A DNA stretch of 64,000 nucleotides from Synechococcus sp. (GCA_047285535.1 JBJBDC010000001.1:960136-1024135), one strand, 5' to 3'; positions 1 to 10,326 are shown, numbered from the stretch's first letter. The notes: a model not told the origin generated them from the sequence alone. Program-made: numbers and translations.

Positions 1-775
1 GGCCGATGTATTGGCCCACTGGAACCGCACAGAAGAGCTGTCTTCGTATCTCGTTGAGATCACAGAGATCTGTCTTCGAACCAAGGATCCCGAGGACGGA
101 ACAGATCTGATCGAAAAGATACAGGACAAAGCAGGCCAGAAGGGCACTGGGTTATGGACTGTGGTCAGCGCATTGCAGATGGGAGCTTCAGTGCCAACCA
201 TCTACGCAGCCCTCAATGGCCGCGTGATGAGTTCAATGAAAGATCAGCGCGTGAAGGCTGAATCGATCCTTAAAGGACCAGCAGTCAAACCCTTTGATAT
301 GGGCACTCCTGCCGATGGAATGGCTCCACTCATGGATGCCATGGTGCTTGCCTCTATGGCCAGCTATGCCCAGGGTATGGAACTTCTGCGAATCGCATCC
401 GCAGAGCATGATTACCACTTGAATATGCCCTCGATTGCTCAGATCTGGAAAGGTGGTTGCATCATCCGCGCCCGTCTTCTCAAACGTATTCAAGATGCGT
501 TCAAAACCAATCCAGATCTGAACAATCTGCTCATCGATCCCTGGTTTGCGAATCAGGTCAATACCCGACTTCCCGGATTAGCCCAAGTCGTGGCTGGTGC
601 AGCAGAAGCAGGTATTCCGGTTCCCTGCCTGAGCAGCACGCTTGACTACATCAATAGCTACCGGACAGCTCGACTACCTCAGAACGCAGTCCAGGCGATG
701 CGTGACTGCTTCGGTTCCCATACCTATCAGCGCATCGATAAGGAGGGAACTTTCCACACCGAGTGGTTGGATTGA
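1..775 (+). CDS. gnd: 6-phosphogluconate dehydrogenase, C-terminal part (5' end lies outside the window)
   Basis: Motifs AGQKGTGLW, IWKGGCIIRA, QAMRDCFGSHTY, FHTEW; next to pgl. Confidence 0.95.
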   Translation, partial: ADVLAHWNRTEELSSYLVEITEICLRTKDPEDGTDLIEKIQDKAGQKGTGLWTVVSALQMGASVPTIYAALNGRVMSSMKDQRVKAESILKGPAVKPFDMGTPADGMAPLMDAMVLASMASYAQGMELLRIASAEHDYHLNMPSIAQIWKGGCIIRARLLKRIQDAFKTNPDLNNLLIDPWFANQVNTRLPGLAQVVAGAAEAGIPVPCLSSTLDYINSYRTARLPQNAVQAMRDCFGSHTYQRIDKEGTFHTEWLD

Positions 776-785
776 GGTTGATCCG

Positions 786-1502
786 ATGACCTCTTATCGC
801 ATCGAGCGGGCTAGTGATTCGCAGGATTTAGCCAAACGTGCTGCCGAACATATCGCCACGTCCATTCAACTGGCGCTGGATCAACGAGATCGTGCTCAGA
901 TTGCTTTATCCGGCGGAACCACTCCTTCTCAGGCTTATCAACAACTGAGCCATCAACATCTTCCCTGGGATCGCGTTGATGTGTTTCTTGGAGATGAGCG
1001 TTGGGTGTCTAGCGATGATGCATCCAGCAACGCACGCATGCTCCGCTCAACCTTGCTTCAAGCAGGCAGCCCAGGTTCAGCAGCGTGCTTCCATCCTGTG
1101 CCAACAGTTGAGCTTCCCTCTCCTGAAGCCAGCGCCGATGCCTTCGCAGAGCTGGTTAGCACAATCTGCTCTGGTGAGCCACCTGTCTTCGACATGATGC
1201 TGCTTGGCCTCGGTGATGATGGGCATACCGCCTCTCTGTTTCCAGGGACTGAGGCACCGGGCATCCTTGACCGCTCAACCACCATTGGTCGTGGGAAAGG
1301 GTTAGAGCGCATCACATTGACGGCTCCCGTACTGAGTGCTTCTCGCAACGTGGTCTTTTTAGTCAGCGGAGCCGGTAAAAGGGAAGCCCTTCGTCGCTTG
1401 CTCGATCCTGAGGAATCCTCAGATCGAACCCCGGCAAAGCTGGTCACCCCTCTCACCGAAATCATCGTGATTGCTGACCATGCCGCTAGTGAAGGGCTTT
1501 AA
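786..1502 (+). CDS. pgl: 6-phosphogluconolactonase
   Basis: ALSGGTTP, GDERWV, LGLGDDGHTASLFPG, RITLT; ATG at 786 chosen just after the gnd stop. Confidence 0.93.
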   Translation: MTSYRIERASDSQDLAKRAAEHIATSIQLALDQRDRAQIALSGGTTPSQAYQQLSHQHLPWDRVDVFLGDERWVSSDDASSNARMLRSTLLQAGSPGSAACFHPVPTVELPSPEASADAFAELVSTICSGEPPVFDMMLLGLGDDGHTASLFPGTEAPGILDRSTTIGRGKGLERITLTAPVLSASRNVVFLVSGAGKREALRRLLDPEESSDRTPAKLVTPLTEIIVIADHAASEGL

Positions 1503-1537
1503 ATGTTTTGGCTGTTGTCTAGGAGGAGGAACTCGCG

Positions 1538-2074
1538 ATGAGCACTTCTCGTGTCTCACTCCATGAGTGGACGCCTCTGAACGACACCATCATGGGAGGG
1601 AGAAGCCGAGCTGGCTGCAAACTCACTCCGGAAGGGCTACTCCTTGAAGGTGAGGTCGTAGCTGATGGCGGCGGCTTTGTGAGTTGCCGTTCACCGCTAT
1701 TTCGTCCACCTCTCAATCTCTCTCTTTTCCGCGGGTTGCGCTTGGTGGTGGAAGGGGAAGGTCGAACGTTGAAATTTGCCGTTGCCTGCTCCGATGGAGT
1801 GATGGGTCTTACAGAATTGATCCCAGGAGGACTCCGCTGGGTCACAGCCGTTCCAACGGAACAAGAAGGTAGAACTACTGTGGAGATTGCATTTGCTGAT
1901 CTTCGACCAGCAATTCGTGCCAAGCCAGTAGGACTTCCAGTGAGGTTCGATTCGTCAGCAATCACCCGCTTGCAATTGCTTCATTCAAGATTTGATGAAG
2001 CCGGATCCACAAATTCAGGATTCCGAGACGGTCCGATACGTCTTTTAATCCATTCGATCGAACCCTATGCATGA
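1538..2074 (+). CDS. CIA30 family protein (complex I intermediate-associated)
   Basis: WTPLNDTIMGGRS ... GGGFVSCRS resembles the CIA30 signature. Confidence 0.8.
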   Translation: MSTSRVSLHEWTPLNDTIMGGRSRAGCKLTPEGLLLEGEVVADGGGFVSCRSPLFRPPLNLSLFRGLRLVVEGEGRTLKFAVACSDGVMGLTELIPGGLRWVTAVPTEQEGRTTVEIAFADLRPAIRAKPVGLPVRFDSSAITRLQLLHSRFDEAGSTNSGFRDGPIRLLIHSIEPYA

Positions 2075-2454
2075 TCGATCTAGCAGCTGCGATCGCCCAT
2101 ATAGCTGATCTATGCCGCAAGCCCTATCGGCATGCGGTTGTTCCGATGCATGAGGATGAATTAGCAAACAAAACTGAAGATCTATTGGTTCGCATTGAAA
2201 CTCGTGATGCTTCTGGTAAACGGATGGAATGCATGGATCTTGAACTTGAGATTTATCGCAGCGGTCATGACTTGAATCTGATGCTGAGTTGGTGTGATCA
2301 AAGCGACCGACCGATGCTCTGGCAGGGGCAACATCCTGTTTGGATGGATGGAGACAGTGGCATGCGCTGCTCTGCGCCATCTGATGGCCAACCCTTGGAA
2401 GCCATGGCACGCCGGCTTCGAGCACAACTGGTCAATCAACATCCCATCGATTGA
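2071..2454 (+). CDS. conserved hypothetical protein
   Basis: 127-aa ORF with ATGA overlap to the upstream gene. Confidence 0.7.
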   Translation: MIDLAAAIAHIADLCRKPYRHAVVPMHEDELANKTEDLLVRIETRDASGKRMECMDLELEIYRSGHDLNLMLSWCDQSDRPMLWQGQHPVWMDGDSGMRCSAPSDGQPLEAMARRLRAQLVNQHPID

Positions 2455-2673
2455 GATGACTATTTTTTAAACCACTGAAAAACCACAATCACATCAAATC
2501 TTTTTTCTTCATTCTCACTAACCCTGAGAAAAGTACGATCAAGATCATCTAACAGCACAGAAAGAGATCAAAAAGCACATCCATCCTCAAATCACTCCAA
2601 ACACACAACACTCAACTCAAAAAGACACTTCACATCAAGGAATGAATTGCATAACTTCCACCTATGCATCACT

Positions 2674-4347
2674 TCAATCAGGCTGATCAGTCACTGCACC
2701 ACGGCTAGAACTCGAAACGAGTCGAGCATATTTCCCAAGAATTCCAGTGCGATATTTCGGCGTATGTCCTGACCAAGCACGACGTCGTCTTTCAAGTTCA
2801 TTGTCATTGACATTCAGCTGTAAAAGGTTCTGATTGGCATCAACCGTGATGCTGTCCCCTTCTTGCACTAAGCCAATGTTTCCCCCAACAGCAGCTTCTG
2901 GTGCCACATGACCAACAACCAAACCGTAGGTGCCTCCACTGAATCGACCATCGGTAATTAAGGCCACCTTATCTCCAAGTCCCTGTCCAACAATGGCAGC
3001 CGTAGGGGCAAGCATTTCACGCATTCCTGGGCCTCCCACTGGGCCTTCTTGGCGGATGACGATCACGTCACCGGCATGAATATGTTCCCCAATAATCGCA
3101 GCCAAACAATCTTCTTCACTTTCAAAAACGCGAGCAGGACCGGTGAGGACAGGCGTTTTGATGCCGCTGATTTTGGCGACCGCTCCTTCGCTTGCCAAAT
3201 TTCCTTTCAGAATGGCCAAATGCCCTTTGGCATAAAGGGGGTTACTTAACGGCCTAATCACTTCTTGTCCTTCAGGAGGCGTTGAAGGAATATCAGCCAA
3301 CAATTCTTTCAATGTTTTCCCTTCAATCGTGCGGCAATCGCCATGGAGCAATCCTGCATCCAAAAGCAATTTCATCACCTGTGGAATGCCGCCAGCCTGA
3401 TGAAGATCCACGGTGACATAACGGCCACTCGGTTTGAGATCACAGATCACCGGAACGCGTTGGCGTATCTGTTCAAAATCATCGATGCTGAGATTCACGC
3501 CTGCAGTGCGCGCAATAGCAAGCAAATGCAACACAGAATTGGTCGATCCCCCCACTGCCATGATCACGCTGATGGCATTTTCAAAGGCTTCCCGGGTGAG
3601 TAGATCCAGAGGCCGAATATTGGATTTGATGGCTTCTACAAGCACCTCAGCTGAGCGGGCCGCACTCTCTGCCTTTTCTTCATCTTCAGCAGCCATCGTG
3701 GAACTATGAGGAAGGCTTAGACCCATTGTTTCAATTGCAGCACTCATTGTGTTTGCTGTGAACATTCCTCCACAACTTCCAGCGCCTGGGCATGCATTTT
3801 TCTCAATTGCTATGAGCCGGTCTTCATCGATCTTCCCGCTAGTGATCTGCCCAACAGCTTCAAAAGCACTCACAACGGTGAGATCACATCCACCAAGTTT
3901 CCCAGGTTTGATGGTTCCGCCGTAAACAAAGATCGAAGGAATATTCATCCTGGCCATCGCCAACATGGCGCCAGGCATGTTTTTATCGCAACCACCAACA
4001 GCAAGAACGCCATCCATGCTCTGACCATTACAGGCAGTTTCAATGGCATCGGCGATCACCTCACGGCTGACCAGGGAATATTTCATCCCTTCGGTCCCCA
4101 TTGAGATGCCGTCACTCACAGTGATTGTGCCGAACATCTGTGGCATACCTCCTGCCTTGCGGGCGGAAGCGTCGGCTCGACGCGACAACGTATCTAGCCC
4201 GATGTTGCAGGGAGTGATTGTGCTGTAACCGTTGGCAATACCGATAATCGGCTTCCCAAAATCATCATCAGCGAAACCAACTGCTCGCAACATTGCCCGA
4301 TTAGGCGAGCGTTGTATCCCTTGAGTAACGGCGTCTGAGCGAAGCAT
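2674..4347 (-). CDS. ilvD: dihydroxy-acid dehydratase
   Basis: [47 protein letters not shown]; start taken at MLRSD. Confidence 0.97.
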   Translation of the reverse strand: MLRSDAVTQGIQRSPNRAMLRAVGFADDDFGKPIIGIANGYSTITPCNIGLDTLSRRADASARKAGGMPQMFGTITVSDGISMGTEGMKYSLVSREVIADAIETACNGQSMDGVLAVGGCDKNMPGAMLAMARMNIPSIFVYGGTIKPGKLGGCDLTVVSAFEAVGQITSGKIDEDRLIAIEKNACPGAGSCGGMFTANTMSAAIETMGLSLPHSSTMAAEDEEKAESAARSAEVLVEAIKSNIRPLDLLTREAFENAISVIMAVGGSTNSVLHLLAIARTAGVNLSIDDFEQIRQRVPVICDLKPSGRYVTVDLHQAGGIPQVMKLLLDAGLLHGDCRTIEGKTLKELLADIPSTPPEGQEVIRPLSNPLYAKGHLAILKGNLASEGAVAKISGIKTPVLTGPARVFESEEDCLAAIIGEHIHAGDVIVIRQEGPVGGPGMREMLAPTAAIVGQGLGDKVALITDGRFSGGTYGLVVGHVAPEAAVGGNIGLVQEGDSITVDANQNLLQLNVNDNELERRRRAWSGHTPKYRTGILGKYARLVSSSSRGAVTDQPD

Positions 4348-4400
4348 GGCAACGAAGGGAACGCAGATGGTGACAGGAGCCAACCTACCGGCTGTCGTGA

Positions 4401-4691
4401 TTAGTTCCTTGAGCCAAGGTCCTCTAGCTGACGGCGCACATCTGAAATTGCTGAATTGAGCTGCTCAACACGATGCTCTAGTTGCCCCTCACGCTCTGCG
4501 GCTTGCTTGGTTTCTAAGGCTTCACTGCCATCTTGCATCCTTGGGGCATAGAGCATGGAGCGTTGACGCTTAATTCTCTGGCGGCGTTCTGCTTCAGAGA
4601 GAAGCCACCAACCCAAACCTGCGGCGCCGAGGAAAGCTCCGCTGAGCAGTGTGAACAGTGTTCCTGATCTTGACTCCTGCTGCCTGCTCAT
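4401..4691 (-). CDS. hypothetical single-TM protein with C-terminal coiled coil
   Basis: N-terminal hydrophobic helix and heptad-like C-terminus; co-oriented between upp and ilvD. Confidence 0.7.
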   Translation of the reverse strand: MSRQQESRSGTLFTLLSGAFLGAAGLGWWLLSEAERRQRIKRQRSMLYAPRMQDGSEALETKQAAEREGQLEHRVEQLNSAISDVRRQLEDLGSRN

Positions 4692-4715
4692 CGCTGTCGA
4701 TGGATTTTGTTAAGC

Positions 4716-5333
4716 CTAGTGGGAGGAAGGAGTTCTGATTTGTAGCCGTTGAGATGTGTTGCCGATGCCAGGACAGATCTGACCATTTTGATTGAGTTCA
4801 GCATCAATGCACGCGGCGTGAATGGTGAGTTCAGGAAAACTCTCACCCAATCGTTTCAACCCAGGGCTGGCAGTTAATGCTGAGATCACACGAAGCCTTT
4901 GGCTCTCGACACCTTTAGCAACAAGTTCATGCATGAGAGGCAGAAGGTTTTCGGCATCACTAATTTGATCAATCAGGAGCACGAGTCCTGCATTGGTTTC
5001 GATCAATTCAGGTAGACCGCCAAGGCAAAGTTCTGCATGAGGCAATACTTTTCGAGCTCCTTCCCAGAGCATGAGACCACCTGGGAGAACGGGCACGGCA
5101 AGGAGTGGAACACCCGTTTCGATCACAGTTCCTTCCGTTTGCTGAAGAACGGTTTGAACCTCTTCACGCCGATGAGGTAGCCAATCCCTTAAAGCTTCGT
5201 AGGTAAGCCAGCGTCCAAGCTCTTCCATAGCTGTTCTGTAAAGCGACGGTGGTGTGCCGGCGTGGCGCAGCATCGTGAGCCAATGAGCAATGAGTGGATG
5301 GGGGGGAACCACCACCCTTAGGGTTTTGGCCAT
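4716..5333 (-). CDS. upp: uracil phosphoribosyltransferase (divergent)
   Basis: HPLIAHWLTMLR, ELGRWLTYEA, IDAELN..GQICPGIG. Confidence 0.85.
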   Translation of the reverse strand: MAKTLRVVVPPHPLIAHWLTMLRHAGTPPSLYRTAMEELGRWLTYEALRDWLPHRREEVQTVLQQTEGTVIETGVPLLAVPVLPGGLMLWEGARKVLPHAELCLGGLPELIETNAGLVLLIDQISDAENLLPLMHELVAKGVESQRLRVISALTASPGLKRLGESFPELTIHAACIDAELNQNGQICPGIGNTSQRLQIRTPSSH

Positions 5334-5419
5334 GGCACGTGGTGAGGCAGGTTTATGCCATAACGTGACCATTCAAGCTACGGCAGCTGCAGCCAGAAGC
5401 TGACTGCTTTTTTATTCTG

Positions 5420-5938
5420 ATGCCCGTTCCCGAGTCGTTGCATAAGAACGTATTAGCGTTTTTGATTGGACTAGTACTTGTTTCAAGCCTGATCTCCCTT
5501 CCTCAGTCGGCTCTTGCCATTACAGCGCCTGAATTGCGAGGTCAATTCGCTGTGAAGGACATCAGCGCTGACATGCATGGTCTTGATTTAAAAGAAAAAG
5601 AATTTTTAAAAGCTGATCTTCGTGGGGTAGATCTCAGTGAAACCGACCTACGCGGTGCTGTAATCAACACGTCTCAACTTCAGGGGGCTGATCTTCATGG
5701 CGCGAATCTTGAGGATGTGGTCGCTTTTTCCAGCCGATTTGATTCAACTGACTTGAGCGACGCGAACTTCACCAACGCCATGTTGATGCAGAGCCGTTTT
5801 GTGAATGCGCAGATTGAAGGAACAGACTTCACGGATGCCGTCATCGATCTCACGCAGATGAAGGCCCTGTGCACCCGTGCCAATGGAGTGAACAGTCGCA
5901 GCGGAGTTAGCACCCGCGAAAGTCTGGGGTGTCGCTGA
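5420..5938 (+). CDS. exported pentapeptide-repeat protein
   Basis: Signal-like N-terminus then A(D/N)LxG-type pentapeptide repeats; ends TRESLGC. Confidence 0.9.
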   Translation: MPVPESLHKNVLAFLIGLVLVSSLISLPQSALAITAPELRGQFAVKDISADMHGLDLKEKEFLKADLRGVDLSETDLRGAVINTSQLQGADLHGANLEDVVAFSSRFDSTDLSDANFTNAMLMQSRFVNAQIEGTDFTDAVIDLTQMKALCTRANGVNSRSGVSTRESLGCR

Positions 5939-7014
5939 TGTCTTCAAGACTCCCCGTCACCGTCATCACCGGCTTTCTTGGTGCCGGGAAAACAACCCTT
6001 TTGCGCCATCTCTTGATCCATAGCGGCCAACGCCTCGCAGTGATGGTCAATGAATTTGGAACCGTTGGTCTGGATGGAGATCTCATCCGCAGTTGTGGGT
6101 TCTGTCCAGACGATGAACTCGATGGGCGTCTCGTTGAGTTGAACAACGGGTGCCTGTGTTGCACGGTGCAGGACGATTTCCTACCCACGATGGAGACACT
6201 ACTGGCCCGATCAAATCAGCTTGATGGAATCGTTGTTGAGACGAGTGGGTTGGCACTACCAAGGCCTCTCCTGCAGGCACTCGAATGGCCCGCGATCCGG
6301 GCACGAGTGCACGTGAATGGTGTGGTCACTGTTGTGGATGGTGAAGCTCTCATCCACGGAAGTCCTGTGGGTGATCCTGAAGCGTTGGAACAGCAGAGAA
6401 AAGAAGATCCAAGTTTGGATCACCTCACAGCGATTGATGAATTATTTGAGGATCAACTCGAATCAGCTGATTTGGTCTTAATTAGTCGCTCTGATCGGTT
6501 GGATTCAAGCGAACTTGAGCAAATTCAGCAGTCACTTCTACCCAAGGTCAGAACCGGCACCTCATTGGTCTGTATGTCACGCGGGCAAGTCGAGCCAGCT
6601 CTTCTCTTTGATGTTCAGCGCGCGAGTCCTATCAAAATCACCACTGAACATGAACATGAACATGAACATGAACATGAACATGAACATGAACATGAACAGC
6701 ATGACCATCGACACGTGGATGTTGTTGGTGGCGCTGTTCGTTTTGAAGGGGTTGTTGACCGTGGAGATTTGGAACGCATACTTCCAGCCTTTGTAACTGA
6801 ACATCAGGTCGTACGCCTGAAAGGACGAGTTTGGTTGCCTGGTAAATCACTTCCTTTGCAAATTCAGATGGTTGGTCCTCGTTTAGAGAGCTGGTTTGAA
6901 GCAGCACCAGATCAAGCGTGGATGCCTAATACTCAGTCTGGTGTTGATTTAGTTGTTATTGGATTTGACTCCACAGCATCTGAAAAACTAAAAGTCGCTC
7001 TTAACGCATCTTGA
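5938..7014 (+). CDS. cobW: CobW / COG0523 metallochaperone GTPase
   Basis: GFLGAGKTT, NEFG, GCLCC, ETSGLALP, His-rich tract, RLKG in the C-terminal domain. Confidence 0.9.
   Translation: MSSRLPVTVITGFLGAGKTTLLRHLLIHSGQRLAVMVNEFGTVGLDGDLIRSCGFCPDDELDGRLVELNNGCLCCTVQDDFLPTMETLLARSNQLDGIVVETSGLALPRPLLQALEWPAIRARVHVNGVVTVVDGEALIHGSPVGDPEALEQQRKEDPSLDHLTAIDELFEDQLESADLVLISRSDRLDSSELEQIQQSLLPKVRTGTSLVCMSRGQVEPALLFDVQRASPIKITTEHEHEHEHEHEHEHEHEQHDHRHVDVVGGAVRFEGVVDRGDLERILPAFVTEHQVVRLKGRVWLPGKSLPLQIQMVGPRLESWFEAAPDQAWMPNTQSGVDLVVIGFDSTASEKLKVALNAS
6646..6698 (+). repeat. perfect (GAACAT)8 microsatellite encoding (EH)8 inside cobW
   Basis: Eight exact GAACAT units plus GAACA read directly. Confidence 0.97.
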
Positions 7015-7191
7015 GGGTAATTACTCGCAGGCTGTTAATTGATCTTAAAGATCACATAACTCTATTAGACTTAATGTCAGCTTGGCATTCATGCGCAAGG
7101 GCTTGCTATCACAAGAATTCAATCTGTATTGTTTATCAAACAACTATTGGAAACCGACTCCGACAGCGCATTAAACAAAGACACCCAATGG

Positions 7192-7230
7192 AAAGATAAA
7201 GATAAAGATAAAGATAAAGATAAAGATAAA
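7192..7230. repeat. intergenic (AAAGAT)6 microsatellite
   Basis: Six exact units plus AAA. Confidence 0.95.
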
Positions 7231-7291
7231 TTGTGCCCTTTAAGGCATCCTATCAAGAAGTCAACCCAAACCTCACTTGCCTCTATGCATT

Positions 7292-7924
7292 TCAATCTTG
7301 AACAACTAAGAGTTGGACATTACTGATGCGAATAAGTTCGGAAAGTTCGAGTAGATCTTTTTTGCTGATAAGTCCAATGCAACCCAATGTGCCGCTGTTG
7401 CCATTGAGTCCAGCACTGGGATCCTGATGAATACCCAGAACTCTTCTGCCCGTGGTGAAGTTCGGTTCAATTCCAATCCAAACGGGTCCTAATTCCGGAT
7501 AAGCACCTTCTGCCAGAGGCTCAACAGGTCCGAGGGTGTATCTCCCTGAGGGCAAAGGAGCCCTGCTACCCATTTGGTCACGGTTGGCATTCTGTCGGTG
7601 AGCCCTCCCACTCAAAGCGTCGTAATGACGAGCAGGTTGTCCCGGAATCTCCAAACGCAAATCCCAGATTGGATCACCAGTTGAACGGATCCTTCGTTCT
7701 GTGCGCTCCAGAACCAGTTGAGGCCGAGGAACAGGTCTAGGAATTGAGGGTTCGAGTATGGCTAAAAGTCCTGATCTAGCCTGTTTTGCGGCAGGTCTAT
7801 CGAGATCGATGTCTTTGGCATAACTCGAAGCGTTGATCTCGATCCCTCCAAAGACTGCAACGAGAAGCAACACGGATCGAGCGCGTTTGCTCGTCATCAT
7901 CTGGAGGAATACAGACAAAACCAT
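7292..7924 (-). CDS. exported L,D-transpeptidase-fold (YkuD/Tlde1-like) protein
   Basis: Signal-like N-terminus; PLPSGRY ... GIHQD...SGTLGCIGL resembles the catalytic His...GC motif; start uncertain. Confidence 0.65.
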   Translation of the reverse strand: MVLSVFLQMMTSKRARSVLLLVAVFGGIEINASSYAKDIDLDRPAAKQARSGLLAILEPSIPRPVPRPQLVLERTERRIRSTGDPIWDLRLEIPGQPARHYDALSGRAHRQNANRDQMGSRAPLPSGRYTLGPVEPLAEGAYPELGPVWIGIEPNFTTGRRVLGIHQDPSAGLNGNSGTLGCIGLISKKDLLELSELIRISNVQLLVVQD

Positions 7925-8004
7925 CCAACAGGAGCAAAAAGAATCACTCTCATAAGGGGTTTATTTATTTTTTTCAAAAAAAATAAACGGTTATCCAGCT
8001 GGCC

Positions 8005-8583
8005 CTAGCCCGTTCGCCAATCAAGCCAGGGAAGATGTGGAAAGATGGCGGGGGTGTCTAAGCGATATTTCAGGTACTCAGGATGTAGGTTGCAAAGACG
8101 GTTTTCCTCACGATGAGCTTTGCCTATGAGGACAGCAATGAGGCTGGCAAACAGTGCCAGATGAAGCAGGCTTCCCTTGGCAATCACAACGCCAATGGAG
8201 CAGATCAGAACGGCTCGATACTGAGGATGCCTGCAACTGACATAGACACCGTTAGTGATCAGAGATGCATAGGGCTTGGGATCTGGAAGAGGAGACATGC
8301 TGGCTCCTAAAGCCCGAAATCCCTGCAGTGCTTGTACAAGCCCAACTCCAAACACGAGCAGACCTGTGACATGTAGCCCTAGAGGCCACTGCAAGCCTTT
8401 GCCAAAATCAGGTGACCAGGACGGAAGGATATGAGCGCAGATCAGGACCAGTTGAGCCATCAGCCACCACTCTCCCTTTTGATTGTCAAGCAATCCTTTC
8501 CAGCTCAGACCCCAACCTTGAAAACTCCTACGCCAATCAACCTGTTGCCTTGGCGCCTTTAAAGGAAGGCATTTGTTTTCCAT
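8005..8583 (-). CDS. isoprenylcysteine carboxylmethyltransferase / PEMT family membrane protein
   Basis: LITNGVY..CRHPQY, EE.RL...PEY..Y...P..FP. Confidence 0.85.
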   Translation of the reverse strand: MENKCLPLKAPRQQVDWRRSFQGWGLSWKGLLDNQKGEWWLMAQLVLICAHILPSWSPDFGKGLQWPLGLHVTGLLVFGVGLVQALQGFRALGASMSPLPDPKPYASLITNGVYVSCRHPQYRAVLICSIGVVIAKGSLLHLALFASLIAVLIGKAHREENRLCNLHPEYLKYRLDTPAIFPHLPWLDWRTG

Positions 8584-8598
8584 GGATATCGCCAGGAG

Positions 8599-8949
8599 TT
8601 AATCCATCGGCAGGTCTCCTCGCGCACAGACCTTACCCCAACAAAGCGATCCCTCCTCACTCCAACTGGCCTGAACGCTCTCCCAGGAAGGGCGCTCATT
8701 AACCCTCATACGCATTAAACCTGTGCCGTCATGCTCGAACTGAATCTTTTGATCCTTAAAAGCCAATTTCCAACGACTACCGACGGAATCGGCCACAAAG
8801 CGGCATGGCTCCCAATCCTCATGGCTCCAGCGACACTCCACATCGACGACCATTGACTCAGCATGAACAAGCCGTACAAAGCCAGGTGTTATCAGCACGA
8901 GTGGCACAAAAAGCCTGAGTATGAATCCGATGGATTGGATCACAGACAA
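8599..8949 (-). CDS. exported hypothetical protein (Cys/Trp-containing)
   Basis: Signal-like N-terminus; four Cys; co-oriented with the downstream gene. Confidence 0.65.
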   Translation of the reverse strand: MSVIQSIGFILRLFVPLVLITPGFVRLVHAESMVVDVECRWSHEDWEPCRFVADSVGSRWKLAFKDQKIQFEHDGTGLMRMRVNERPSWESVQASWSEEGSLCWGKVCARGDLPMD

Positions 8950-9576
8950 AGGGCAAGAAGAGGTGGACGATTTTCAAGCTGAAGAGAAGTGATTAAGGCA
9001 ATCGCGACGATGTCAGCCAATGGTTTGCTGACATACAAACTCAATTCAAACTCTTGAGATTCACGGGTTCGAAGCATTTGCCCCCATCTTCTTGGTGAAC
9101 GATCTAGTTCAACACTCACTCTTCTGGGTGTTCAGCAATGGGTATGCACCAAAGAAAAAAAGAATTGAGCACACAAAACTCAATCAAACAGGGACGGGAA
9201 TCAATCGCTTCAACCACTCAACTCATCGGAAGTGAACGACGTACGCCTAGACATCGAACTCGTTATCGCGTTAGCTGAAGGAAACGAAGCCTTCGCTGCA
9301 TCAAGCAAGAGCCAAAGAAATCAATACCACCATAAAATTGACCGAGCCGCAGACATGCATGAAGACAAATCAAATAAGACGTCCATTGACTCTTTAAACG
9401 TAAGACTAAAGTTGATAGTTTTTACAGCCTTAAATGCGATGATTTACGAGTTTCAAATGGATCAAACATATTGGAGCACCGAGTCAGAAACATTTACTCA
9501 CAGCTCTCTCATAAAACGCTCATATTTGAACACCCAATGCAAGGCATAATTTTTTCAGGAACCCTGAGGTGACTAA

Positions 9577-9609
9577 AAAAATCCTCCTGGCTGCACCAGG
9601 AGGATTTTT
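9577..9609. terminator. bidirectional intrinsic terminator-like hairpin, repeat copy 1
   Basis: AAAAATCCTCCTGG-ctgca-CCAGGAGGATTTTT. Confidence 0.8.
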
Positions 9610-9772
9610 ATTTTGAGAGACTATATCCGCATCTTCTCAAAAAGCGCTCATTGGACAAGACGACAATGAATGATCGACGTCAGAAACATTTACTCACGGC
9701 TCTCTCATAAATCACTCATATTTGAACGCCCAATCCAAGGCATAATCTTTTCAGGAACCCTGAGGTGACTAA

Positions 9773-9803
9773 AAAAAACTCCTGGCATCACCAGGAGTTT
9801 TTT
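9773..9803. terminator. bidirectional intrinsic terminator-like hairpin, repeat copy 2
   Basis: AAAAAACTCCTGG-catca-CCAGGAGTTTTTT. Confidence 0.8.
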
Positions 9804-10071
9804 ATTCGGAGAGTATATCCACATCAAATGATCATCAGTCTCAAAAGAGCGCTCATTGGCAAAACAACAATGAATGATCGACTTACTGCAGCAACAGATC
9901 ACCATTACTAGTAGGAAAATCAAATCAACAAACACTAACGATCCGGACGCATTTAGCGGTCAAAGATACGTTTGATCGATTTTTACAATATGTATCATTT
10001 AAATACTGAAGGGAAACTGGCTGGCAAGGCACTCTGGCCTGCCAAGATTTAACGATTCCCGCTCCGAGCCC

Positions 10072-10326
10072 GTGCCTCGATATCAAGCTCGTGTTCTGGT
10101 CCATCTGCGCCCTTCTGTTCTGGATCCAGCCGGTGAGGCCACTCGTTCTGCCGCAAGCCGATTAGGGGTGGAAGGCATCGAACGCCTACGCATCGGAAAG
10201 GCTGTGGAGCTAGAGCTGGAGGCTTCTGATGAAGCAGATGCACGCCAACAGGTAGAGCTGTTGAGTGATCGACTTCTGGCCAATCCCGTAATTGAAAACT
10301 GGACCCTGGAACTGAAGTTGTCATGA
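10072..10326 (+). CDS. purS: phosphoribosylformylglycinamidine synthase subunit PurS
   Basis: [18 protein letters not shown]. Confidence 0.95.
   Translation: MPRYQARVLVHLRPSVLDPAGEATRSAASRLGVEGIERLRIGKAVELELEASDEADARQQVELLSDRLLANPVIENWTLELKLS

Larger units (their letters stand above)
9483..9882. repeat. diverged tandem duplication, two units (9483-9678, 9679-9882)
   Basis: Both units start GTCAGAAACATTTACTCAC, share TCAGGAACCCTGAGGTGACTAAAAAAA and end ACAATGAATGATCGAC. Confidence 0.95.

Noticed and set aside
6515..6907. ORFs with MNMN, MFMF or VHVH runs
   Set aside because: Alternative-frame readings of the cobW GAACAT repeat
7129..7326. ORF with a KDKDKD run
   Set aside because: Produced by the AAAGAT microsatellite; TTG start and no other support
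9483..9882. Repeat as a CRISPR array or MITE
   Set aside because: Only two long contiguous units, no unique spacers, no cas genes, no terminal inverted repeats or target duplication
9232..9935. ORFs 9232-9549 (+) and 9705-9935 (-)
   Set aside because: They run into the duplicated unit but the frames are not preserved in the other copy; no recognisable protein features
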